From Vermamoeba vermiformis (Eukaryota): a stretch of 64,000 bases of DNA. A program made the translations under genes and the position numbers. Below are positions 41,130-54,668 of this stretch, piece after piece (positions within the stretch are counted from its first letter, which is position 1; each line of letters starts with the position of its first letter). The stretch spans positions 372,001 through 436,000 of the forward strand of contig JBEWZL010000084.1 of the NCBI GenBank assembly GCA_045837725.1, given 5' to 3'. The notes beneath the pieces were generated by a model, which was not told the origin of the DNA, did no database searches, and saw only the letters and a list, made by a program, of their open reading frames with translations.

Positions 41130-44100
41130 TTACAATTTAGCCATCTTTATAATTCCTCGAACTTTGTTGTAGCCGGATGTGATCAGCTGCTTCAGATCAT
41201 CGCCAGAGTCGTACACGCCCATCTTCGTCAAGAATTTAGTGATCTTATTGGGATAATAGACCTTCTTAAGTAATAACTGATAGTTCTCTTCGGGTGCCAT
41301 GAACACAGGTCTGCCGTGCAAAATTGTTTGTTCGGATGTCGATCCCGATGAAAAACTTCTCAAGTTCAAGCTGGCGATGTGATGATAGGCCTTGAAGCAC
41401 ATATCAAAGTTGTCGTCCATTTGTTTTTCGTAGAAATGGCCCAAATGTTCTTTAAACAATCGGATCCGCGTCTCTCGTGCCAGCGCCTTATTGAAGATTG
41501 ACACGCTGAGCTCCGAGCTGTAATGAAAACTGACATTGTCCAAATTAGTACTGCCCGTCACGATATATTCATCGTCGACTATAATCATCTTCGAGTGCAC
41601 ATAGATTGATCGGACTGGATGGTGCAAAAGTTAGATCCATTTCCTTTTATGGTCATTGATGAGGACTTACTTTGATCTGATTGGTTCTTATCCTGATTAA
41701 CAAGTCCGTAAATACCAACTCGATCAGGGGCTGTGCGATGAATAACTTGCAAGTGGTCGATGACTGGAGGAAAAAATTTGGTTAGTTTGGGTTACCGAAT
41801 TAGGCAAGTATTATGGCTTACTATGATCTTGCGACCAATCAAATAACTCTCCGACTAATCCCGTTGGCAAGTCCGTCTTGACAGGCGTCACAATGATGAC
41901 CTGCAATAATGACACGTGTCAGAAAAAGTGTCTCAAGTGTCGTACCCACAATGACAGTAGTTCGTACCTGGAGCTGAGGATTCTTTTTGAGCGCTTCACA
42001 AAGGGCATAAGCCAATGCGAAATTTTGAAAAGGGTACTGGTGTTCAATGTACAAGAACTTCCTCGCGTTCTGCAACAATTTTTTGTGCATGTCAAACAGG
42101 AAATTTCTGCGGCAAGGTTAGCGATAGAAATGACAAAAATAACAATAGAATTGTACGTACACGTCAAACACGCCCTTCCAAGTGCGATGCAATCTGACCT
42201 CGCAGTTGTTGTGCGGTCCTTTCAGCTTCAAAGCGCGGTGCTTGGTGCACTTCTTTTTGGACGGTGAATGCAACACGAAGCTCTTGGTGGTGTTGGGATT
42301 GGGCGAGAACGAATGGATCCAGCGCTGCATGAAGTGCAAGTACAACACTCGCACCGCTGGGCCTTTGATGAACAGTTGGATGTCGTGCCATAAAAATCTA
42401 ATGGGCCAGTTAGCAATGACACGCGTTCATAGTCCAACAGACAGCTCCGTACCTCATCTCCGGCAATATTGGCTGCACACTCATGCCTGCAGTCACACGC
42501 TTGCTCTCTTTGTTGACCAGCGCTTCACTCGCTTTTTCCTCATCAGCGTCACCCTCGTGATCATCTCTGCGGCCACGTTTAGGCAAGTGAACCTCGTTGC
42601 TATTGGCCAATGGCATCATCTTAGAGACGAGGCCACGTGTTGAGAGTGCGTGTGGGATCGTGTGTGACGGTTGATCGTAGCGACCACGTGCGATGTCAAA
42701 GCCCTGGTAGAGCCTCTTAGTTAGACCATGCAATCTGAATTTACGACGTTGTACTTACGCCTGTAAAAGCCACAGTATGTTCAGGACACTCAGCGTCGAT
42801 TAAAAGCAGCTTTTCGTGATGACACGAGATCAATCCACGAGGATTGCCAGCAATAACGACAATAAAGGGCACGTCGTAGTCAGGACTGAACGGATCCGAG
42901 AACGGATGCGATCCTTCGGGCTTTTGAAAAGGTTAATAAGATGCACATAACGCGATTATATATCGAGCTTACTATATCGTAAGTGTGGAAGATTTTGATG
43001 TCAATGCCCATTTTCTTGCATCGCTTTTCGAGTTTTGCAACTTCACGCTCAATGGTGACCTCGCCCAAATATAGAAATCTGTTCAACTGCGACAATAATT
43101 CATGGCGCCACACGATTATACGGATCTTAGTGCCTTCTTTGGCTTTAGACAACAGAACATCCTAAAAAGGTAAGTTAGGCTCACGTATCAGTTTTGAGCG
43201 AGGACGTACTTCGAGAGTGATCCAAGTCGATGAGCCGTCATACAGTGCTGGCAGAGGGTACGGGACTGATTGTGCCACAACGAGTCCGAATGACAGGGAA
43301 AGTTCCCAGGCCAATATTGAGATCGAGTGTTGTGCTTGCATCATCATCTGTGAAATTGAATATAAGCCGACTTATTGAGGTACAACATAGGACGAACTGA
43401 CCTCGTAATATCGTTTAAAAGTCTCTCTGCCGTCAATCAACACCTCCACGTGATTGTGCACGGCTGAATAAGAGAATCTTTTGCAATCGACTTCGCTGTA
43501 CTCGCTGTTGATAGTCTCCATCGAGTACTGTTCGAATGCGGGCTTGAGAATTTCTTCGTTCTCGTCCAGTGGCACCCAGTTTGATTCACCTAACCGAATC
43601 GCGTCACGTGCTTCAACATCTTCAGGGAACATTGACGGAGTTTCTAATGGTCCGAACAGCCTCGGCGAGCCAATGTAATTGTTCACAGCTTCCATATCGA
43701 TAGTTAGTGTGAATAATATCTCATATGAACCTCCTTCAGCTGATGTAATAACAACGCGTCGTGTCAATTTTTTGTTGACTTTCAAAGGCACGAACTCTTC
43801 GTAGGTCTCTTCAGGGTCATATTTGACGAACATTAAGCCGTGATTGTGCGACTTCAATTCTTTTAAATGGTCTTCGTTAGATTTGGACTTGACGCCAATC
43901 TCCTTGTGAGCGTCACTGTGATTGGCTTGATCAGTCTCGTTAACGTCATCGTCGGGATTTTCCAAGTTGTTTAATAGCTCGGCTAGCGGAACAAATCGAA
44001 AAGCGCTCAGAATGTGATCGCTGAATAGACTTTTCACTCCGAACGTGATGACGAAGTTTGAGAATGTTGAGAACGTGACTAATTGAATAATTAAGGAAAT

Positions 44101-44942
44101 ATATGAGTATTATGATAGGGGGTCTCGGCTATTGTAGATATATAAGGATACAGTTGTGCACGGAGTTAATAGAGCTGACGTCATATGACGAAAATCGACC
44201 CAGTTCGTATTTGTTTCGAGCACCACGATCGATACTGTGAGTCGAGTAATTATATTCAACCTAGTACAGTGTTAATTATATATATACATATATTAATATA
44301 TATAGTGCCTTACTTCAGCATAAAGCTCGTCTTTGCGCCAAGAACTGGAGACTTGTTTCAAACACGTGACTTCATTCAGCATAAAGCTGTAGCCGCAATT
44401 GATCTTGCTAATTGCATAACTTAACGTAAATGTGGGAGATTTGCCTCTCTTGCCAAATGTAACGGTCTAAGTTGAAGTAGTAAGCGAGATGTAGATGCAG
44501 ATTTAACAAATTAAGGTACCTGTTTCTGTCCAAAGACATTTGAGTTGTTTAAAAATTCATAAATAGTATGTACGCCGAGAAAGTGATAGCGAAACGGTCC
44601 ATAATTGAGGTTTACAGTCACTGCACTGTCGGAAAAGTGGATGATGGATTCGTAATGTCTGACGCACGGCTTGGCGAAAGTTCCCATGAAATACCGGCTA
44701 TTTATAATTCAATTAATATACATTTCATATTTATAGGAATAAAACTACTACTCGTGCGTTTTTAAAATGAACTTTAGATCGTATCAAAAAATTATTTAAT
44801 TTGAATGAAATTATTATGATATACTAATGCCTTACCGAGGTCTTTGACCCTCACTTGAGACGTCCAAAAATATATTTCGATTTTTTAGAACATTTTTGTC
44901 GCCAGTAATCAGCTCCAAACTGTGGATTTGCACCGCATACAT
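41130..44942 (-). CDS. Phospholipase D with two HKD motifs
   Basis: HHEKLLLID and VHSKMIIVDD, plus LIDGRETFKRYYE, WHDI and LYIEHQY. The start is uncertain. Confidence 0.88.
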
Positions 44943-45322
44943 TCTTTGTCCTTTAATGATTAGATAGTACAACTATTATAACTACATGTAAGATTTCTTC
45001 AATGATGTGTGCTAACTATAAATATTGCAAGAACTAATTCATTATTTTTGGATTGAGTAATTAGCCGACAAGAAAATGTGTGTTTCCAATTTCGGTCTGG
45101 CTGCTCTTCCACGACGAACCAGAAAAATTCACTGCACGAACACCAACGCTTGAAAAGCTACTAATTGAGTCCTAAGCATTTTAGCATAGTTTAATTTTTC
45201 GTGTTCAGCGATCAGACCGTTGGTGGAACTTCGCAAATAATGTTAGAGGCGACCAAGTATAGTTAAGCATTGCATTAATTGATAATATAGTCGAAGTATT
45301 TGTAAGGAGCGGTTTATTTAGT

Positions 45323-45959
45323 TTAAACAGATTGATAGCTGGCTCGGTTGCGCTTGATAAAGTACAAGACACCCGCAACGACAGCAGCAGCAAGTAAAAT
45401 ACAGCCTACAACAATAAGAGCTATTTGCCAAGCCTCTAGTCCGTCATCAGCGCCCTCGAGATTGGCAGGCAAGCCGATGCGGATGGCGTTGAACAAAGCA
45501 GTATTATTTTGGGCATAAAAACCACCATTGCTGCAACAAGAATCCTGGACGCATGGACTTCCTCGAAGCAAGGCCTTAGAAGGAGTGCAGCTAGCGTCGC
45601 TGTAGGTATACCAAACGTAAGATCCGTTCTCCAACATAAAATTATATGAATTAAAATCATATAATCCTTTTCGGCCAGCAAGAGCGAAGCACGTGGAGCT
45701 GTCTACAGTATCGAGTACGGTGCCGCACGTTTCTCGGTGATAACCGTTGACTGTGATCGAAACACAACCGTCGCAGAGTTGGAGCTTCTCGGCATTGCTA
45801 GAGTAATAAGGGTTAGCATTTTTTGACACTATTGTAGGAATTAATATTTGATTTAAGATTGCAAATCCAGATCGAGACCTAAGTGTCATCGACTTGCCTG
45901 ACGAAGCAAATGTTGGCAGCCACCAAGCATATCAAAACAATAATTGAGTTGCGCATCAT
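45323..45959 (-). CDS. Small Cys-rich type I membrane protein (GC-AG intron)
   Basis: Signal peptide MMRNSIIVLICLVAANICFVS is joined to NAEKLQLCD through intron 45798-45897. TM WQIALIVVGC..., tail YQSV*. Confidence 0.7.
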
Positions 45960-46219
45960 GCAGTTGTTTCGACTTTTGACGTGTGGTCGTTGCTTCAAGA
46001 TCTATTCAATCAAATTAAGTTTTCGGCAATCTATTGGTTGTGATGAAAAGTTGGACGGTGGACCAAAATCTTCAACCAGATTCTTCCCGTAATCTGTAGA
46101 ATCTGATGTTCATAGTGTCGTTGAAGTAGATGATGCTAGCCCACTGTATCCGTGCAGGTAGGTTTGAAACAATGACATGCAGAAAAGAAGGAACAATAAA
46201 AATGCAATTTACAACGCGT

Positions 46220-48786
46220 TTAGAATTCGAAATTAGACATTAGTACTTTCGTCGTTCTAAACTGGAACTGATCCTGAATCTCGTTAAAACAATTGCCATC
46301 GAGCGGATTGCCATTCATATTCAGTACTCTGCACATCGTTTTAGTATAATGCATTCATCAAATACTAAGAATTCTTACCTTAGCTTACTGTCGGCATGAA
46401 TAGCTGCTACAATGGCTCGCGTGGATGCACGCAAAATATTCTTTTCCAAATCCAAGTAGCGCAATTGAGGAGATAGAGGCAGAGCTGCTGCAACTTTGTT
46501 TCCACCAGAGTCGCGAAGACCATTGTTACGCAAGTTGAGGCTGTACAAATTTTTCGCAAATCGGATCAAATCCGCTACTTGATCGGACGAATGAACGCCA
46601 AGCAAATTGTCCGATATATCCAAGTGTCTTAACGGTGAGCTAGGTTTCGATAGGACTTGAATAATTGCGACTAGCTGCGAGGTGCTGATTTGAGTCTGCG
46701 ACAAACTGAGCGCCAGCAAATTCTTCGGCAGCGACGAAATAAACTGATGAAATTGCAAGCTCGAGTGATCGTCTTGTATTAAGGTATTATCCTTGAACAA
46801 TAAGTACTTCAGCGAACTATTTTGAGAAAGTTCTAGCCAGATCTGGTCAGACACTCCGCTGAGGATCAGATCATTGAAGCTCAAGTCCAATAATTCGAGC
46901 TTAGAATTAACACTTAAAGCCTTGAATAAATTTTCCACTGCAATTTCTGATTAGAACGTGAGTTAAATATGACTCTTATGCTGCCATCTTACGATAATCC
47001 TCATGCGTGTCATGCAATCCAATTCTTTTCGACTTGATGCTGTTGTCGCGCAAGCTCAATCTGACCAATGAGCACGCAGGATGGGCAAGCCATTCAGCCA
47101 CTGAACTCAACGACCGAGTCGTCAACTGGTTGTCGCACAGATCCAAAGAAGTAAGGTTCTAACATACAACGTCAGCTTATTATACTAATCAAGGAGATAA
47201 TTACCTGTGTCTTATCGAATTGAGTGAATAGTGGTGTTATTGAGCTGTCCTTCAGGCAACATCGTGACATCTTGACACGTGTCAAACGAGGCTTTTTCGC
47301 GAGCAAGTCTACCAATGCCTGCACCAAATCTTCGGTCATAATATTGTCGCTAAGGTCGAGGGCAGTAAGATTTGGCAATTGTTCTGCGAAATAGAGCGTG
47401 TCAAGTCCTGAGATCTGGACGAATTGAGGTCGAATAGACAACTCTTCAATGTACTCCTTGCACAGCTCAAAGAATTGCAACAGCGAGTCTAACTGCTCGG
47501 GACTGGTCATGCACGATGTTCTGTGCATGAATTCTCGGCGCAAGTACAACGCCTTCCAGTTGTCGCTCAGCACGTAGTTTGCATTAGCCAGGTCAGCAGT
47601 CTCGGTGTATTCATGGATCTCGTTGAGTTCAGCGGTCCATGACTCGACAAATGGAGTGTAATGTAAGTCCCAACCACGTCGTTCATAATGTCTTTGCCAT
47701 AAGGTCGAAGTGTCAAGATCCGCTGGATGCAACGACGAGTTTTCAATTTTGAGCAGCTGGTCGTGGTCCAAGTACCGATATATTTGCAGAACTACGTCTA
47801 AAGGTACGCCAGAAAAATCTTCCACACCTGTTGAATGAAAAATTAGCTCAGTTCGCAGATCCTGCAAGCCAGTGATTTACCGTCAATATTGTCTGCAATC
47901 ATTTTGCAGACTGTTTCTAACAAGTCCGGAATCTCTAAATAGTGCGCGGCCATGAGCAATTCCATCGCAAATTGCGGAGAAATTTCGATGCAGAACGCTA
48001 CACGTGCTCGTTGAACAGCAGCAGATCGCGTCAACGAACGCGACGAGGAAAGGCTTGGAGAGCTGAAAAAAATATTAGACTCGTTTGAATATACTCCATT
48101 ATACGTACTTATAAGATTGGGAGATTAAGGGGAGATCATCGTCCATTAAAAATGAATTGTCTTGATCTGGTGTTGGAAATCGTACTGGCTCAACTACAAG
48201 AAGACTTTCTTTCTGTGGCGAGCCAAACAAATTCCTAAGGGCTATATTAGTTCCAAGTCTTTTAATAAATGCTGCAATAAACTTCGGATCGCACCTGCGA
48301 ACGGATGAAGAACTCCGTAATGAATGAGAATTGAGCAAGTAGTCCTCAAAGCAGAATTGAAACGCTTTCTCTAATACTTCGTGACTATAGGCTGGTATAT
48401 TAATCTTCTTTTCCACTCGCTCTTTGTAATTTCCTTCGCCTTCAAAAAGTCGTTGGATCAATCTGGCCGAAAATGAGTAAATTTCGGGTAATGCAATGAT
48501 ATTCGAATAAAAATATTACTCACCCAGACTGTAATGCAATTTCCAATGGTATAACGAACTCTGAGCCGTCGTTGGATGTGATCGTTAAGTACTCTTCACT
48601 TTCTCTCAAACGAAGCATTCCTTCACTAGCTGGCGAGGCCATATAACTCTTCTTAGGCGATACATATATATCTACAGGCGGATCATTTTCCAAGGAGCTG
48701 CCAAAGCTTTTTCCGGATTCTCTCAATCTCTTTCGAGAATTTCGGATGAACTCTCTCGTCTTTTCGGGCGACGATTTAATATCCAT
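46220..48786 (-). CDS. Elongin C/Skp1-like domain + Elongin-A/F-box-like motif + RNI-like LRR protein
   Basis: ITSNDGSEFVIPLEIALQSG, VLEKAFQF, ELLMAAHYLE, then DFSGVPLDVVLQIY..QLLKIE..DTSTLWQRHY, then LxxLDLSxN repeats. Confidence 0.75.
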
Positions 48787-49019
48787 AAAGCTGTTCTCGT
48801 GATTATATAGCGTTGATAAACACTAATTAAGGTCTCTTGAGGTACTTCAATTCGCGTGAAAATTAAAATTGGCGAAAATGACCGTTAAAATTTTAGGCGC
48901 GCAAAAAATATTTCTATTTATAGTAATTATCGGGCCAAGAAATTAATTCTAAAGTATATCTTACACGTTTATGAGCTTACTGCGACTATGTACAAGCTGA
49001 AAATGAGCATTGAGTTTGT

Positions 49020-49938
49020 TCACTTGATCTGTGCTGCTCTCAGATCCGTAAAAAATTGCTTAGTGTTTGGAATTTCAATAGGTGTTGTTGACATATCTTC
49101 TTTTTTAGCACCAGTAGGTTGTTTGGGCTGTAAAAATTACAAATAAATTACAGTGTAATTGAAGAAATTGTACGATCGCGGATCTAGCTCGCTGGATGTG
49201 ACTTAAGCCAGCAGTATACTTACAATTACTGTATCGGCAACACTATTGAACACGTTGAATATCTTATTGAGCGATATTTTAGAGTATTTATCCTCTTCCA
49301 AGGACATTTTTTGTTCCATCACATCCGCAGTTCGTTTAAATGAATTAACAAGTCCCTAAAAATAAATAAATTAAATTAAATTAAATTAAATTGATATTAC
49401 AATCATTTTGAATGTACCTCCAGTTTATCTATTGTCTCGAAAGCCTTTGTCAAATACTTCGTTTGAACTTTCAAGGCAGGAAGTACTTCCAATGTCTTCT
49501 TAGTATTAGCGCCGCTCTATTTAAATAACGATTAATGCTATTTAATATTCTATTTGGATCCGCTTGATTGATTGAAATTTTACTTACTGTAAATAAGGCT
49601 CCGAGTTCGTCTAATCGTAATAACATGCTCTCAATTGTATCCTCAACCACATTCATCTATTAAGTAAATATACGTTAATTATTTGAGCAAATATACTCAC
49701 GCTGACATTGCAATTTCGAAAGATTTTTTGGATGCAGCAAAAATTACCAAAAAAAATTCGTAAAATGAAATTATCGTTTAAATATTATCCACGATGATAA
49801 TCTTACCTGTTGTTGAGTTAAATCATTAAATGAAAAATATTTTCCGTAGCTTTCAGCAACATTTTTGACTGCCTCACTATCTTCAATTGGTGGCCTCAAA
49901 GTGCTCGTCGTACTTTGATTATTAATAGCAGTACTCAT
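49020..49938 (-). CDS. BLOC1S4: BLOC-1 subunit 4 (Cappuccino)-like
   Basis: Spliced ESYGKYF, IESMLLRLDELGALF, FETIDKLE|GLV..MEQKM match the Cappuccino coiled-coil pattern. Confidence 0.65.
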
Positions 49939-50337
49939 ATTATATAAGCTTATGTAAACTATAACAATGTGGTACTGCGCGTGGTTTGGCTCGTAAAATT
50001 CAATTCAATCAAAATTTAGTTATTTTTCCTTTTGCCTACACTGAGCACAATAGCGATTGATTATGTGACTAGTCCTTTCAATATTAATTGAAATTACGAG
50101 TGAACTTGCGGTTCTTTTAGACACCGTACACCGCTTTTGGATCACGCAAAATTAATAAGTTGAATTAAGGCGTAAGTTAGTACTACTATATGACAGTAAG
50201 TATTATTTGATAATATTATGAACGCATTCTGATAAATTTCCTTGACAGGCGGCCCTCGGGACTCGAGATTCACAATCCATTTTTTTATTTTTAACATTCA
50301 AGCATGTTAACAAGAATCCACAACTTTATTTTGCGCA

Positions 50338-51920
50338 ATGGACCTATTCCCGATAGAATTAATTGAAAGGATCGCGTTATTTATGGATTTGCGCTCGCTT
50401 GGACGCTTTACTGCAACTAGCAGCCATAACGCGATCATTCTTAATTCCACAGTATTTTGGAAATCATATTTTGCAATTTATTACCCCTTCTCTGAACCAA
50501 AACCAGATTTGAAATATTATTGCCGGATGATGTAAGTCTAGTCATCTATATAACCTATTAATAACGTCAATATAATATAATACGTTGTTCCATCCATTGC
50601 AAATATTAATATCGCTATTTTTAGGCCTTCTATGTGGATTGACGACGCAGCTGGCGTAAAATTGAAAATTGAACAAACAGCCACCTTGTTTTGCAATGGT
50701 TTTTGCTATAAATCGCTTGCCTATGATCGAAGCACTAGATTTGGGGTAGTAGGTGGTCATGGCTCACCTTTGTTGTCTTTCAGAGTGAACGAGGATCTGA
50801 CTATGTCGGCTTTGGACCAGTATAACCTGCCTGATACTGATTATCAGTACCCGTTCAGTACGCTTAATATATTTTAAATATATATAGGCTTACTAATGCG
50901 CTTTTTAGGAACTTTAACTCCTGCGCGGATTTGTTTGTCCGATCGGTTTATTGTCGTACTGGAATCAACAGGTTAGACTGCCTGTCGTACATATTCATCG
51001 ATATTTTGTATAATGACGTATTTATAGGCAATATCGTTATCTTCAACAAGCAAACCGGAGAACTTTTTAGTGAGATCGAGAATGAAATTAAAAACTCTCC
51101 GTACTACTCAGCAGAACCTGATGTAGAGCTGTATTTCGACAAAGAAAAGATATTTTGTGCTAAAGATGGAGTCGTGCAGGTAAAATCGCATTAATTAGTC
51201 ATAAAACGTTAATTTATTCTTCGTGTACAGATGTGGGACTTTGAAACTGGTCAGAAAATCAACGAATTAGTCACCGATTCATATGGCGCGTGTCATTACG
51301 ATGATAAGAGCGGTCTATGCTTTATAAGCGACGACACCCTTGTCTCAGCGATTGACTTACGGATGTCTGAAGAGATCATGGTTTGGGACTCGCTGAAAAA
51401 GAATCAGGGGCCAGTAAGCAGCTTAAAGTACTACGATGATAAGATCTATTGTAGCACTTCGCGTGGTAAGTTACCCGCTGCCTCAATAATGTTAATGAAA
51501 TTTCTTTACTTTTAAAAGTCGATCCAGATCCACTCCACAAAAAAATCTGTTTTGATTAAAATAGTATATAACCAGCATATTATGATGCGTATTGATTAAC
51601 CGTTCGCAGCTATTCCCATAGCCTTTGAGATGAGCTACGCAAAAGTAGCGTACCAGCCTCAAGCCTACCAAGCCCTTGGCCCTGCTCAAAACAAAGTTAC
51701 GACGCACGTGGATGAATCTCGATTAATTCTAGGAACTGACAGCCATATCTTCATTTACGATAGAAAGAAAATGAAGCAAAAGTTCTCGTTCAAATTAAGC
51801 AGCCAAGGTGACATTAGGAATTACTCATTTCAAGACTGTTATATTATCACTGATACGAATACCACAACTACTTTGTATTCGGTAACGGATGCGCCTTACA
51901 AAAAAGAAATTAAATTCTGA
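50338..51920 (+). CDS. F-box/WD40-like protein
   Basis: F-box MDLFPIELIERIALFMDLRSLGRF, plus MWDFETGQ, IDLR and IFIYD repeats. Confidence 0.75.
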
Positions 51921-52025
51921 AAACAGTCAAATTCAAACAACTTCATCATTATTAACCAATGCTCTATAGTAATAATCATCGTATACATATTTATTATTTT
52001 TAAATTAATTGGAGGTGTTTAGCGA

Positions 52026-53375
52026 CTATGACAATGGCGAAATCGTGGGACTCAACACGACGCCAATAAACAGCACTTGCTCGGTCGCGTGATGATAGAT
52101 GAAGTATATGAAGGGGTGTTCTGCTTTGAATTCTTCCGGGTCTGGCTCGTCGTCTACACCGCCGTAGCCCATGTCAAAAGCTGTCGCAGCCGCTGCCTTC
52201 GTGCCCACTTCATCGACCTCTATGTAAGTCTTATGAATCGCTGATGTTGCAAATAACCCGCTCCTGTCGGCCACTAATAAGTACAATATGAATATAAGTC
52301 ATATAGTACTTACGAACTGGCCGTTATTTTCGAAAAGTTAGCGGATCCGGGCTTCCACATGTCTTCAACACCCATCAATTCTAAGTGGTCTTTCAACGAG
52401 TATTCCTCGCTATATCTTAATTTGGGTATGTACACTACGACATCTTTGCGCATCATTCCAGGCACGATCTGCTGCACGAAATTTGTCAAAAATTCAGCGT
52501 TGCAGATCTTTCGCCAATTCGGCGCAACAGGTGGCTTAGGCAATATTAGAAACATAGAAGTAGCACCACTATCGTAATCGTCATCGGCGAATTTCTTTTG
52601 TTTCGCGATCTTCTTGGAATGAGATGAGTAAGGCAACTCGAGTGCTTTGAAATTAGGGCCGTTGTGAAACTTGAACTTTGCCTTCATATTAATCATGAAT
52701 GACGGTGTCGATTTGAAATTGAATCCTTTGAATGGCAGGCGTTGCGTGTACTTTGGATCGAACTCTGTTAGCCAAGCACCTTTAAAGACCAATGTGTTGA
52801 CCTTAAAACAATCCGTCAGTACGATTATAATATCTTATATGATACTTACCAATAGCAATGATGTGTCTGGAGAGGGATTGACGGCGTTCTTAATTAATCC
52901 TTCAGTTTTTTCTTTGATCCAGTCGTTAACCTCCGTAGCAGCTTGTGGCTCCGCAAAATTAATATTTTTGGCTTCAAAATTACTGAAATTTTGTTTGATA
53001 ATATCTGCGTACTGCTCTGCCAGCTTAAAGGATTGGTGGACCCAGATCGAGTTTGAAGCGTTTAAAAAGTTCAACAGCTGGTCAACAGTCGCTTTTAACT
53101 CCGTCAAATAATTTTCAGGAAAATGTAGCGCGTCTAATAACTGTTTTTTCGTGTCTCCATCAGCTCCTTCGATAAGCATTGATAAACCTAAATTGATATT
53201 TAAAAATTAAAGACTTCGTTTTGGTGAGTTACATCAGTCACTTACTTAAAGCTATGCTAAGCGGTGATATCAAGACATTTTTCGTTATGGGCTCTTCGGA
53301 CGTGAAGTCTATTTTGTTCAAGATCTGCTGCAGCAATTCAAATCCGAACTTGTTGATGCCTTCTGGGACAGACAT
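52026..53375 (-). CDS. Serpin
   Basis: NVLISPLSI, NTLVFKGAW, LELPY, IPK, hinge EVGTKAAAAT, FKAEHPFIYFI. Confidence 0.95.
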
Positions 53376-53611
53376 TTTATTTTATGACTATACGTTGTTT
53401 CGTGATGCCGAATTTACTAAAAAGACCTTCACGCCACATCATTTTGTTAACCGGTAGTTGGAAGCACGCGACCTCATTTTCTTAACGCGGCAACTAAGGA
53501 TGCAGTACATATTTTAACACATGCCAATTATATATTTATTGTATAAAATAATAGATACAAAACGGAAGTTTCAGTCTCGTTATTCCGGTGCAGATGTGCG
53601 ATTGGGTGAGC

Positions 53612-53917
53612 CTACTCCTTAACGAAAATGCTTGAGATATCGTTCCGGGCAGTTAGGATTGAGAATGAGCGTGCAGTGCGTCCATAGGTTCTTTGGACAA
53701 CAGTTAGTGATGAATGTATCTTCATCAATCCAACAAAAGAAGCGTTCACGGATGTTCGTTCGCACGTCAGACCAAATTTGGAGTTCGGTTTAATGCGAAA
53801 GACCAAAGCATAACCATCCTTTAGGCCTTTATTTCTCTCACATTCTTCATCGTCACTGTAGATGTGGAGGTTTGTGGTGGAGTAGCCTTCGATCCAATAG
53901 TTGTTGTTGTTAGCCAT
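53612..53917 (-). CDS. Hypothetical protein
   Basis: 101-aa ATG-started ORF in an otherwise unoccupied gap. No recognisable motif. Confidence 0.35.
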   Translation of the reverse strand: MANNNNYWIEGYSTTNLHIYSDDEECERNKGLKDGYALVFRIKPNSKFGLTCERTSVNASFVGLMKIHSSLTVVQRTYGRTARSFSILTARNDISSIFVKE

Positions 53918-54230
53918 GTCGATTGTTAACAGTAGTATTTACAAATAACAACGAAAAATTAATCCTTTTATACCTGGTGATGGACAATCGTCAATCAGAC
54001 TGATGGACAACGGATGCTAAATCCGCAGATTTGGACTTTAAATTTCATTTCACCCCACCACAACTGTCATCGGATTTACGTCAGCAGTCGAGTCTGTCTT
54101 TTAATTGAGTTCATTTTTATTAATACTTGTCTGACCGGTAATACAATTGTTACGGACCCAAGCGTGACAGCAAATCAACGGAATAGAATTTAAATCAATT
54201 CTATTCCTATATTAGAGACCACCAATACCA

Positions 54231-54668
54231 ATGTCGCGAGTGATTTGGTTGGTATTGTTTAGTGTTATTTTTCTGGGGGCACTCGCTGCTACTACAACAC
54301 GGTCAGAAAGTCCCACTTTGTCTGACAATACCACCAAAGAATGGTATTATTATGACTATTATATGGACTATCTCTCCGACATTAGCATCGTGTGCACGGC
54401 AACTTTCAGATCAGAGAAAGAATTGTACATTACAGCGAAAGACTATGGCGATTATCCCAGTAATGGACTGAAAGCAACCTATTCTGTTACCGTTAATAGT
54501 GGCCCTGTTTCTAATATAAAAGCGCTCTTTGCCTCTTTGTCGAGCAGGTGGTCAGCCAAGTTTTCAAAAGATCGAGCAACTATGTATTTAATTAACTACG
54601 ACACAAAGATTGAAGGCGAAATGTGCAAAGAAGGTTGCAAATTAATGCTACTAAAGGATCGTCCCTAG
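54231..54668 (+). CDS. Small secreted hypothetical protein
   Basis: Intronless 145-aa ORF with signal peptide MSRVIWLVLFSVIFLGALA. Confidence 0.6.
   Translation: MSRVIWLVLFSVIFLGALAATTTRSESPTLSDNTTKEWYYYDYYMDYLSDISIVCTATFRSEKELYITAKDYGDYPSNGLKATYSVTVNSGPVSNIKALFASLSSRWSAKFSKDRATMYLINYDTKIEGEMCKEGCKLMLLKDRP

Larger units (their letters stand above)
2492..47284. repeat. Dispersed 12-bp palindrome TGACACGTGTCA
   Basis: Perfect copies start at 2492, 3681, 4947, 6152, 10721, 20687, 20787, 22275, 41910 and 47273. One-mismatch copies at 22525 and 34858. Confidence 0.85.

Noticed and set aside
41839-42733. Many overlapping ORFs on both strands
   Set aside because: Shadow frames of GC-richer PLD exons.
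49361-49392. (TAAAT)n run
   Set aside because: Simple intronic microsatellite.
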